In this document: positions 47,701 to 58,907 of the stretch, piece after piece
How positions within the stretch are numbered: the stretch's first letter is position 1
Layout: each line of letters begins with the position of its first letter
Assembly (NCBI GenBank): GCA_048772705.1
Contig: JBLWGC010000043.1
Span: forward strand, 489,169-553,168
DNA length: 64,000 nt
Direction of reading: 5' to 3'
Source: Leidyana gryllorum EB-2025a
Taxonomy: Eukaryota; Protista; Apicomplexa
Notes under the pieces: model-generated
The model's input: the letters and a program-made list of their open reading frames with translations, nothing else
Databases searched by the model: none
Told to the model about the DNA's origin: nothing
Made by a program: the position numbers and the translations under genes

Positions 47701-50329
47701 GCTGGAGGCTTGAGTTTAGCGCCTCCGGATCCAACTCGAGCGAGCGGGGGCAACGATCACCCACTAGACACACGACAGAAGGGTAGTGCGAACGGCGGCA
47801 ACGTCGTCGCCAAGGCGTGGAATCGGATCGAGGAGATCGTCATAGCGAAGCCAAAGGAGCGGTGGAAAAATGGCGACGAAAGTGCACAGTTGGCTCACAC
47901 ATGGTGTGCCGGAGACCTTTTGGTGTCATATGTCCAAGATGACCCTGTGGCTGAAACATATAATGTATGGGGTGACGATTTGTGGGAAGAGGGGCTGCAT
48001 AAGGCCTCAGCTAAAGCCACTGATGAAAGTACTAATAATGTGATCGGCTTTGAGTGGGTCAAAGAGCGAGCTGGGGCGCTGGCACGAGTCCCGGAATTGG
48101 CTGAGGTGCCATTACAGTTACACGAGATTGATCATTTTGAGGTCAACGAAGACGAAGAAGACGAGTTACGTCGCAAATTTGACGCTGAATGGGAAGATGA
48201 AGATGAGTTAAGTGGCTTCAGACCTCCAGGAACCACCACCGGTGGTGCAATGACTCACGCGTCTCACCACTTTTCAACAGCAACACATCGTGGAAGTGTC
48301 GCTGACTCGACGAAAGTCTCTGAGACTATGGAAGAAGGTGCCAAAGGCCATTTATTGGAAGAATCTCAGCTTCAACGACTGCACTCTTTCTTTACTTCTA
48401 TCGCTGATTCGGCCAAGGCTCTGCCAGCCCAAGGACGGGGTGGCGGCTGGTTCGCTACACTCGAAGCGCAGGTGGCTCGTCTCCAGTTGGGCAAGACGTT
48501 CACTCACTTCAAAACCCAAGGATTGGTGTCTCTATCGGCCGTCTCCGCACTGGAACCCAACACTCTGTCTGGAAACTCAACTTACACTGCAACCAATCCG
48601 GCTGTGGGTACCACTTCCACTGACTTGACGGTCTCAGAAGCAGACTATTTGGTGAGACTGCTCAACCTAGGGATTTTGGGCGATCAAGCCGGAAGACTGA
48701 TGAGAGTTCTGATTTTGTTACACAGCGAAGCCGAGAAAAGGAAGCGAGGACAGTGCATATCACACGAGAACTTTGTTATGGAGAAGTCTCTTCGAAACCT
48801 CATTGGTGCTCCTGAGTGTCTCGCACTGGTTCAGGCAATGAGAGACTATATGCAGTCCAAAGGGGCAATCGACCTCAATCAAGCGCCTCCGACGGCCGTC
48901 CACTCACAAATCCAGCAGAAATACCATCGTCTATTACTGCCGGTCTGCGAGTCGCAGAGTCGATGGGCTCATGAGACATTTGTCGCGGGTGGCACTCTCA
49001 GTGCCCTCCCCTGCTACATGGCTGAGAAGGCAGATGAACCCACCTTCATTCCTCCTCCATTGGCTCCTCTGCTCAAGTTGATGGCCGTGAGCGTATCTGG
49101 ACGGGTCGGATTCGACATGCTCACTAAGACCCCCATTCTGTACGCTACTGGTCACACTGCAGTACCATACATAGGGAGCTTATTGGACCTCAAACGTCCT
49201 CTCCTGCCCGTAAGCCATTTTTCGAATTCGACGTCTCCTCAATGACATTTCCCCCGTTTCTGCAGACCTTCACCTTGCAACCGCTTCAAACTCGTCCTCC
49301 TGCGACACCGGCGGGGCGGCGTAGCGGTAACACGGCCGCTACCAACGCTTCGTTTGACGCCCTATATATAGGACGGGTGTCGCCAGATCAAGCGAATGGT
49401 CATCACATGACGCCCAACATGGGGGAGGGTGCTTCCGATGTGAGTGGGAGGGGTCGATCAGGTGGCTACGGCCAGGCTCCATCGTCTTCCCAATCCAAGC
49501 GGATGGCTTCCACCGCTAATCACCAAATTAGCCCTCAACAACGGAGTAACCGTCCCGCCACTCGACCTGTCAGTATCCTGACCCCTCCGATGGTCCCACT
49601 GGGAGGAGGTTACTACGCTCCTCAAGCCCCACCCCCGCAAGCCCAAGCTACCCTCCCCGATCGACCAGCAGTCTTACCAAACCCGTGGGTCAAGTCGGAA
49701 GCCACTGCAGCCTATCCCCGAGATTTCACGGCCCGTCCCCCAGACCCCACTGTCCCTCCCCAATATGCTATGCCGCCGGGTGCAAACGTAAGTCGTCGGT
49801 CGAGAGGAAAGTTCGTCAAAGCTCATGTTTTGTTCAGATGTATATGCACATGTCAGGACACTATCAAGCACCTCCTCAAGCCGCGGCGGCATGGCCACCA
49901 CCCAGCCCGTCGGGCCCCGCGCAGGGGCGTGGACACCCGCCCCGTTATATGACTCAGCCGACGCCGCATCAATGGGGTGGCGGTCCTGCCCCTGGCTACT
50001 TGGGAGTTAAAGGCGGGGCATATATGCCCCAACAGTATGCGGCCGGGCCCGGAGCTCCGGGCGGGCCAGCCTCTTACACCGGATATCCCCAGGCTCCGTC
50101 TGCGGCGCCCCAAATGGGCGACTACTTTGGTCGGAGTGGAGCTTCGCCATCAGCAGCAACAGGTCCAGGTCAGCGGCTCCCCCCCATGTACGTAGATCCT
50201 ACCTCGCAATATCCACGGGGCCCCCAACATAGAGCACCACCCCAGTATTACCGTCCCCCTGACTATCCCGGGCAAGTCCCTCCACCCTACTATGACACGA
50301 GGAATACACAGTGGCGTCCCCCGATGTGA
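44787..50329 (+). CDS. EAF1/EP400-like chromatin scaffold (HSA + Myb/SANT domains, Pro/Gln/Tyr-rich tail), multi-exon
   Basis: HSA-like LLRES...DVFLHRQWRLSAAQTFAHAV...RAFW; split Myb WDPYEEYYLWRAV...NWEYVAHVVN...RSSEACKAKF; ORFs linked by GT-AG introns. Confidence 0.6.
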
Positions 50330-50464
50330 ATAATGCATGATTTCTTCCCATCAAATCGTACACACACTAACCCAAACGCGAAGTTGTTGGGAAACTGAAA
50401 TAATAAGGCGGTGGGTCGGTCACTGAGGGGGGAATTCTCTTTTGATGGCACCAAGAGCAGTCCT

Positions 50465-51329
50465 TCAAACCATAGGTTGTACTGGAGTGGTTCCTGGCCC
50501 TCTGAACATCGGTATTGAGCGGTCCCCGTAGCGTTGATACAGTGGAGCCAAATGCTCCTCGGGCAGGTCGGGATTGGCTGCGCGTAGTTGAGCGTTGAAT
50601 TGTGAGGGTGGCATCTGCACCGGACGAGTCTCTTCCGTCTTCTCTCCGGCAATAAGGTTTCGTTCCACAGGAACCGGAACATAGACTTCGACGGGCACCG
50701 TGTAGGGCACATACTTTTTGACCTTCACCACCTGCTGATGTTGGTCCGACTCGACCACGTGGGGCTTGAAGACTTGCGATACAACGGTGGGAACTTCCTC
50801 GTCAATATATTTGTTCACCACTTTCTCGTTGACGACCTCATAGGGTCTCTTGACTTCAATGATCTTTCCCTGAACCTCCACTTCCCGCACGACTTCTTTA
50901 ATCTCAACTTTCGGGACGTATTGAATAACCTCCTTGGGCACTTCAACAATCTACAACACCCACAAAAGCATAAATAGAGTGATAAACCAACGTCGCTTGG
51001 AGGAAGGGGGGGGAGAATTTGAAGTTTTGGGGATTTGAAGGTTGGGACGACTTACCCGAGTCACTGGTACGTGAACAATCTTCTCGACATATTCAGGGAC
51101 CTCCACCACTTTTTCCACAACTTGAACTCGGGGAACCTCTATGACCTTTTCTTGCACTTGAGTGACAATCTTCGGCACAACGCGCTCGGTGTAAACCACT
51201 TTCTTCACTGGAACTTTAACGATGCGTTCGGTTGGCACTTCAACCTGTGTAGTATTGCAGCAACTGCTGTCTCAACCATAACAAGCGTACCTCCTGGTAA
51301 GTTATCTTTTCCTGAGGAGCACGATCCAT
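50465..51329 (-). CDS. Alveolin / inner membrane complex (IMC1-family) protein, 3 exons
   Basis: EKVIEVP, VEKVVEVP and IVEVP valine/proline repeats; introns 51245-51290 and 50951-51055. Confidence 0.9.
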
Positions 51330-51471
51330 TCTCTCCGATGTTTTGATTGGCCCAAATGCAACAAGAAGACTGCGACAACCAAAAAAATTCAAACACAGAG
51401 CGCATTGCGCCACCGTCACTATCACTCTGAATTACTAGTCGCAATTGTGCAGACACTCGTCAGCTACCTGC

Positions 51472-54400
51472 TCAAAGCAATCGTGGCAACCGCTTCACCA
51501 AACCAGCCACTCTGCGGAATCTTTCCCCTGCTCCCCTCGCTATCACCCCTGCGCCATTTTCACTCGGGACGTTCACATCGTTCACAGACCGCTGACCGTC
51601 ACCTCCCTCCGACGCCCTATCCAGTAAACACCTCTGAACCTGCTCAAATACCTTTTTGGGACACGGATGGCGGAGCAAAGGCCTAGTCTCCGGCCGTCTC
51701 TCCTCACCTGTCGTCTCCTCGCCGTCTCCCTCCTTTTCCTCACGTATCATGGGATACCGCCCAGACTCGTTCAGCTCACTCACTGCTTGTGCTGCTTGCC
51801 ACTCTTCAATTATACTCTCGGGCAAAGAGGGAAACTGACGGGACTCATTCATTGCCTCAGCCCTTGGTGCAGCTGGCTTACCCTCCTGGGCAGATCGCCC
51901 GGACCCTTCCGGCTCAACAGTCTGTGCCGCTGACCCTCCCTGCTGGGGACACCGCCCGGACCCTTCCGCCTCAGCAGCTCCGGCTTCTTCTTCCCTTTCT
52001 GTCAACATGTAATCCGGCAGGAACGAACGGAACCCCGACCGGGTAGTTTGAGTGGCAGTCTGTGGCTCTGAGCCCTGTTGGATGGGAGAGGGCCCCGAGT
52101 TGTTCCCCTCAGCAGCTTCCCTTAGTGTCGGCGTGTGACCCGGCAGGAACGAACGGAACCCCGACCGCGTAGTCTGTGGCTCTGAGCCCTGTTGGATAGG
52201 AGAGGGCCCCGAGTTGTTCCCCTCAGCAGCTTCCCTTAGTGTCGGCGTGTGACCCGGCAGGAACGAACGGAACCCCGACCGCGTAGTCTGTGGCTCTGAG
52301 CCCTGTTGGATAGGAGAGGGCCCCGAGTTGTTCCCCTCAGCAGCTTCCCTTAGTGTCGGCGTGTGACCCGGCAGGAACGAACGGAACCCCGACCGCGTAG
52401 TCTGTGGCTCTGAGCCCTGTTGGATAGGAGAGGGCCCGGAGTTGTTCCCCTCAGCAGCTTCCCTTAGTGTCGGCGTGTGACCCGGCAGGAACGAACGGAA
52501 CCCCGACCGCGTAGTCTGTGGCTCTGAGCCCTGTTGGATAGGAGAGGGCCCCGAGTTGTTCCCCTCAACGGCTCCGGCAGCTTCCCTTAGTGTCGGCGTG
52601 TGACCCGGCAGGAACGAACGGAACCCCGACCGCGTAGTCTGTGGCTCTGAGCCCTGTTGGATAGGAGAGGGCCCCGAGTTGTTCCCCTCAGCAGCTTCCC
52701 TTAGTGTCGGCGTGTGACCCGGCAGGAACGAACGGAACCCCGACCGCGTAGTCTGTGGCTCTGAGCCCTGTTGGATAGGAGAGGGCCCCGAGTTGTTCCC
52801 CTCAGCAGCTTCCCTTAGTGTCGGCGTGTGACCCGGCAGGAACGAACGGAACCCCGACCGCGTAGTCTGTGGCTCTGAGCCCTGTTGGATAGGAGAGGGC
52901 CCCGAGTTGTTCCCCTCAGCAGCTTCCCTTAGTGTCGGCGTGTGACCCGGCAGGAACGAACGGAACCCCGACCGCGTAGTCTGTGGCTCTGAGCCCTGTT
53001 GGATAGGAGAGGGCCCCGAGTTGTTCCCCTCAGCAGCTTCCCTTAGTGTCGGCGTGTGACCCGGCAGGAACGAACGGAACCCCGACCGCGTAGTCTGTGG
53101 CTCTGAGCCCTGTTGGATAGGAGAGGGCCCCGAGTTGTTCCCCTCAACGGCTCCGGCTGCTTCCCTTAGTGTCGGCGTGTGACCCGGCAGGAACGAACGG
53201 AACCCCGACCGCGTAGTCTGTGGCTCTGAGCCCTGTTGGATAGGAGAGGGCCCCGAGTTGTTCCCCTCAGCAGCTTCCCTTAGTGTCGGCGTGTGACCCG
53301 GCAGGAACGAACGGAACCCCGACCGCGTAGTCTGTGGCTCTGAGCCCTGTTGGATAGGAGAGGGCCCCGAGTTGTTCCCCTCAGCAGCTTCCCTTAGTGT
53401 CGGCGTGTGACCCGGCAGGAACGAACGGAACCCCGACCGCAAGCTTTGAGGTGTTGTGATGCTGCTGAGGGAGTCCATAGTGCACTCGAGGGGTAGAGAG
53501 GAGCCGCTGAAGTGTTCGAACAGCCGTCCGAACAGCCGATCAGGTGTCTCGGCAATGAAGTGAGTTCTCAGGTCTTCTGTTAATTGCGCTAAACCACCTT
53601 CTGTTACCTTCTTGACATGTTCTTCCGATATGTCAGGAAAGAATGGTGGGATCTCTCGTCCTAAAATGTTGTGAAGCGGTTGGGGGCTGACGTCTCCGTG
53701 TGAGAATGAGTCTGGCGCGTCAGTCATGGCCGTGCTGGCGCACGTCCACATCTGTGAGCTCGGAGGCGGCAGAGATGAGCCTCCATTGACTTCTCGATAG
53801 AGCAGTTGTAGTCGATTCAGAATCGTTAACCACTCCTTCTCATTGTGCATGGGCCTCTTTTCGACCTCGCGAGTCTGAGTTGGGACTAATTCCACCTGAT
53901 ACTCTATCTTGTTAGAGTTCTTTCCTGGGTTTGAGAGTTTGACGTCGTACTTGGCGAGGGCAGCGAGTTCCGAAGCCATGACTCCCATCTCTCCTTCGTC
54001 CATGAATTGTGTTGAGGCCCTATAGAGCGCCATAGTGGTGCAGAAGGGAGTGGCAGAGTAACGATTCTCGTGACAGAAGTCCGCGAACCGTTTGGCATTC
54101 GCCAAACACACCTTGTTCATCGACTGGGCGGTGTCGGCAAACGTCTCAAAGAGTCTCGAGCGATCCTTCTGGCTGGACTTGATGGAGAAATTGAATTCCT
54201 TCCCATTGCTAACGACAAAGAACTCGTCCTGCGGCTCGTCCGAGTTTCGTGGCGCCATGGGGGTGTGGCGGTACGGCGACGCGACGGCCGATGACACAAA
54301 CTCCGGGACGTTCAAAATGAGTCCATTGTTCACCACCTCGTGCCGGACTGTGGTGGTCTACGTTACGCGACGGTATGCGTACAACCAGATTGATGTAAGA

Positions 54401-54580
54401 TTCACTCACCTGCGTCGTCTCGACCACACTTTCCGTCCTGCTGGAGATGGTGGTGCTGCTCGTTACCAAATCGGATGCTGAGCCGAAAGTCGCGCTGGCC
54501 ACGACAGCTAAACTGCTGCCAAAGCCTGTGCGACCGTTTGCAGCGGACTCAGAGGGTTGAATTGAGATTGCCCCGGCCAT
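51472..54580 (-). CDS. Putative secreted tandem-repeat protein, paralog A (2 exons)
   Basis: ATG 54580; exon 1 carries hydrophobic LAVVASATFG; phase-0 intron 54358-54409; conserved domain shared with paralog B; 12 x 38-aa repeats. Confidence 0.8.
52015..53440 (-). repeat. Coding minisatellite: 12 near-identical units of 114 bp (two of 123 bp) plus a partial unit
   Basis: Unit encodes TRSGFRSFLPGHTPTLREAA(GAV)EGNNSGPSPIQQGSEPQT; spacings of 114 and 123 bp read directly from the sequence. Confidence 0.97.
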
Positions 54581-54969
54581 TGTACAAAAATCTGATTCCT
54601 TCCAAAATAAATTGCGGTCGGTGAACACCTCCCTTGCGTAGACACATTGGCCGTCAAGGCAGTTGATTACGAGGGTCCCGTTGGTTCGTTCCCATCGGTG
54701 GTTCATTCCACGAATAGACACACATATATTTCAGCCGAGTGTAATAAGGACGACCCAATGGTACTCAATGTCGGTCAAGGTGGGGTGCCAGGCGGAGGTC
54801 CCCCACAGTAAGGAGGGACTTTCGTGGTACTTAAAGTTCTCAAAGAAAAGCCATGGTTTGCTGAGCGCTACTTGCCATCAACAGCGAGCAACGTAACCTT
54901 AGAAGAGGCTCAAGTCATGTAGGTGGAGACGACGCCGACGACGACGACTCTGAGCACGAATAAATTAGT

Positions 54970-57900
54970 TTACCTGCGGCCCGCTGTTGCTCGAGAGGCG
55001 AGAGGGAGTCGAGTCTTCCTCTGGTCGGGCGTCTCGCCTGCATTTGTTGTCGGCGCGGAGCCAGGCTGCAGCTCTTCGGGAGTAACCGGTGAAAGCCTCG
55101 TTTCGGGTACCCGAACGCTGGTCCTGAAAACTTCGGACTTTGTTGTCGATTGAACAGTGGTAGTACTCTTGGATTGATGGAAGCTGGTGGTTTGAGATTG
55201 TGTCGGACCACTCTGAGATACTCGGGCGGCCTCCGGAGTGCCACTCGAGATTCGTTTTGGGTCTCGTCGTTGTAGGGTGGCTGTGCTCGTGGTGCTACTG
55301 TGGTATTCTTCCTGCGAGATCAGCACACTCGATTCCTTTTTGGGAGGGGATCTCGCCATCTTCGAGGCAGATGTGCTCGATGGGAAGGACTGCTGCATCC
55401 CATATCCTGAGGACTTTTTAATTGCGCCCTGTTTCCTCATTGCAGAAGGTGAGCCAAGACTTTGCTGGGAAGATCGGGGGGTTCCTCCTGCGCCTGGCTT
55501 AACTGCTGATGGGGGGCTCCTGGCTGCTGCGGGGACCGGCAACCCGGATACTATGCCCAACCTGGCCTTCCGCATGCGGTCTTCATGGCCGATTGGGACT
55601 GGATGAGGGTCTTCTGCCGCATTGGCTGAAACGCGACGAGAGGGTTTGCTTTCTGGCAGCGGGGGTGGGACGCTATCTGCTCTCGTTCTCGGCTGCAACT
55701 CTTCTTCTGTGACAGTCTGCACTCCTTGTGTACCAAAACCCGGTGTGTAAACTTGTGTGTAACTCTCCTCGTCTGCGACAGGCTGCACTCCTTGTGTACC
55801 AAAACCCGGTGTGTAAACTTGTGTGTAACTCTCCTCGTCTGCGACAGGCTGCACGCCTTGTGTACCAGACCCCCTCACGGAAACTTGTGTGTAACTCTCC
55901 TCGTCTGCGACAGGCTGCACTCCTTGTGTACCAAAACCCGGTGTGTAAACTTGTGTGTAACTCTCCTCGTCTGCGACAGGCTGCACTCCTTGTGTACCAA
56001 AAACCTCTGGGTAAACTCGTTTGTAAATCTGCTCCTCTATGACGGGCTTCAATTCTTGTGTGTGACTCTCATCCACTGTGACGGGCTTCACTACTTCTGG
56101 ACAAAACCCTTTGGTGGAAACTTGTGTGTAACTCTGCGGACCAGGGCCTGCCCGAAAGAGAGGTTCACCGCTCGATATGACTCGCTCCGACTCGCGACCT
56201 CCGTCTACGAGTGTAGAAACCTCGTAACTCGCCTGGACGAATGGACTCTTGCGCACTCGTCCGCTGTCGAGCAATTCTTGAGGGTCATCGCTCACATAGA
56301 GTGCACCTTGAGGAAAACTCTCTGCGCCCTGTGCTTCCCTCCCGCCACCACTCTCATTCGGCGGTGAGGTGGTTGGAGGCGGGGGAGGCGGGGGCAGTGG
56401 AGCAGATGCGAGGGAATCAATCGCGCCTTCGCTGCCAGTCCTCTTGCCGTCGGAGAGAATTCGATTTATCATCTTCACAGGGTCTTCCTCCTCCACTTGT
56501 GGCCACTGTGTTTTGACCGTAGGTTTTGCCCCGGCCGCCCTCTCACCGAGTTGAGACTCATAGGAGGACATAGCGCCATTGTAGTTCCCAGCCGCTGCCC
56601 CACTTTGATCGAGTGTGGAAACTTGCCTGGGCAGCGGAGGGCGCGGAGCGGGCTGGAGGGCGTCTGTGGAGGGAGGAACCGACGATCCCTTAAGGTCTTG
56701 GCCGATCTCGCGAGATCGCATGTAACCCACGACGCCGTCGAACGGGTTTCCATATACGGGGCCGGGAGTGGGAGTCTCGAGTATCGCTGTGTTGACAACC
56801 GGAGCGGAGGCCTTTGAGGTTGGAGCAATATGGAAATGCTGGGGTTTGGGGAATTTGGGTTGTGCCCTGGGGGAAGTCATTTGCTCCGCAGCCCAGTGGG
56901 GGTATGTGCTACGGCTGTATTTACCCATCGGATCAAAGTTGCGCTCTCCAGTCTTCTCGCGTGGCAATGATGAGCCGCTGAACATATCCATCAATCGGTC
57001 AAAAAGCTGAGTAGGTGTCTTGGAGACGAAGGTCGGAGTCAATCCCTCTGTCAACTCTCTGAACCCTCCTCTGGACACAGTCTCGACAAAGTTGTCCGCT
57101 ATGGCTGGGAAGGGTGGCGAGACTTCTCGGTCGTACTGGTTGTTTTGAGCTTCCAGTTCACGCTTGAATCTCTGTGCCGCCGTTTCCGGGGCGCTGCTTG
57201 TCGCCGGGACACTGTTTGTCTCCATCGCGGCAGAGCTCGCGGCTGTAGACTGGTCTGTTGATGCCTCCCTCGGCAGAGCTGGCAGTCCAGAAGCTTCGCG
57301 ATAGAGCGATTGCATTCGGCGCACAACCGTCCGCCATTCATTCTCGTCGTCCATCGGCCTCACTCCGACCTGGGGATCTTGGCTTGGGACCAATTCCACC
57401 TGGTACTCGATCATGTTGGAGTCTTTTCCCGGGTTCGAGAGCTTGACGTCGTACTTGGCGAGGGCAGCGAGTTCACAAGCCATGACTTCCATCTCTCCTT
57501 CGTTCATGAAGTGTGTTGAGGCCCTATAGAGCGCCATAGTGGTGCAGAAGGGAGTGGCAGAGTAATGATGTTCGTGACAGAATCGAGCGAACCGTCTGGC
57601 ATTCGCCAAACACGCCTTGTTCATCGACTGGGTGGTGTCGATAAACGTCTCGAACAACCTCGAACGATCCATCTGGCTGGACTTCATGCGGATCTTGATC
57701 AGATCTCCAGTCAGACCGTCTTTGTTCAAGACGAGAGCAAACTCGTCTTTTGGCTCGCCCGGGTTTCTTGCCACTTTCTCTGGAGGAGCCATGGGGTGGT
57801 GGCGGTAACGCGTCTTGACGACCGTCACTCCCACCTCTGGGACGTTCAAGACGCCTCTGCTCCTGCCGACGTTCAAACGGAGCCCAGTTGCATTGTTCAC

Positions 57901-58145
57901 CGACCCGCGCCTGCCTGTGTTGGTCTGCGGTACGTAACAGATTTGTATTGTGACCTCCTCGGAGAACTCACCGACTCGGACTGAAACACACTTTCAGTCG
58001 CGCTGGAGGTCGTGGGGTTGCTGCTGCTGACCAATCCGGATACTGAGCCCAACGCCGCGCTGGCCACGACAGCTAAGCTGCCGCCAAACCCTGTGCGACC
58101 GTTGACAGCGGATTTCGAGTGGCGAATACAGATTCCACCGGCCAT
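54970..58145 (-). CDS. Putative secreted tandem-repeat protein, paralog B (2 exons)
   Basis: ATG 58145; exon 1 carries LAVVASAALGSVSGLV; phase-0 intron 57925-57971 at the homologous position; shares SSQ.DRSRLFETF...FCHE..YSATPFCTTMALYRAST...KYDVKLSNPGK with paralog A. Confidence 0.8.
55709..56131 (-). repeat. Coding minisatellite, 66-bp unit (GTQGVQPVADEESYTQVYTPGF), 4-5 good copies plus degenerate ones
   Basis: 66-bp periodicity, e.g. ACTCCTTGTGTACC at 55721 and 55787. Confidence 0.92.
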
Positions 58146-58457
58146 TCTACAAAAATCTGATCGATCAAAAAATAAAGTGCGCTGAACACCTCCCTTGCGT
58201 AGACACATCGGTCGTCGAGGCAGGTGATTGGGAGGGTGTCGTTGCTTCCCATCGCTCGTACATTCCACGAATAGACACACTTAGATTTCAGCCGAAACTA
58301 ATCAAGGACGACAACATGGTGCTCAATGTCGGTCGGGGTGACTATTCCACAGGCCAATGTCCCCCACAGTCAAAAGAGATTCTTGTGGTACTCGGTGGCC
58401 AATATGGTACTCAAAGAAAAGGCGGCGGTCGGTAGAGGATGCACTCGCCTGGAGCTG

Positions 58458-58502
58458 GAGACAGAAACGGCCCCACCTGCCAGAATTCTACCTGAAATTT
58501 TT
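58458..58502 (+). promoter_or_regulatory. Putative U1 snRNA proximal promoter (conserved upstream 45 bp)
   Basis: 43 of 45 bases match the region upstream of the second U1 copy (61421-61465, minus strand). Confidence 0.5.
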
Positions 58503-58665
58503 AACTTACCTGCGGATTGCATTTCACCTGATCACGAATAGGTGGGCAGGGGGCCGAGCAGCCACTGCACACTGGTGATGTGACGCCCCTGGGAGTATCA
58601 ACAACGTTGGTCCTCCCATCTGAGATTTTATGGCATGGTGGATGGAGCTTGCTTCGACACCGACA
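58503..58665 (+). ncRNA. U1: U1 spliceosomal snRNA, copy 1
   Basis: 5' ACUUACCUG; SL1 CACCU-GAUCACGAAU-AGGUG (U1-70K loop); SL2 AGGGG...CUGCACAC...CCCCU; SL3 GGGAG...CUCCC; helix H CGGAU/AUCUG; Sm-like GAUUUUAUGG; SL4 GGUG...CACC. Confidence 0.93.
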
Positions 58666-58907
58666 GAACTTGTATAATTGTGTACATTGAACATTATAGT
58701 ATAAAACATTAACAAGTGAAGTATCGCAAGCACCTTTCTGCTGTCTAAGTAGTTCCATGACTCTCTTTTCCAGTGATATCTGATTGTTATGAGGACTACT
58801 AGAGGAAGGAACTATGAGAAACCGGAACTGAGGGTGCGAGTGTTCGTCATGTTTAAAGTATAATAAAAGGCTGTAACACCAGCTATGGATGTCCTAGAAG
58901 TGCTGCA

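Noticed and set aside
52015-53440. Regular repeat array resembling a CRISPR
   Set aside because: Units are contiguous with no unique spacers, lengths are multiples of 3 and in frame within a CDS, and the context is eukaryotic with no cas genes.
55726-56367. Cys-rich repetitive ORFs on the plus strand
   Set aside because: They are antisense shadows of the 66-bp coding minisatellite.
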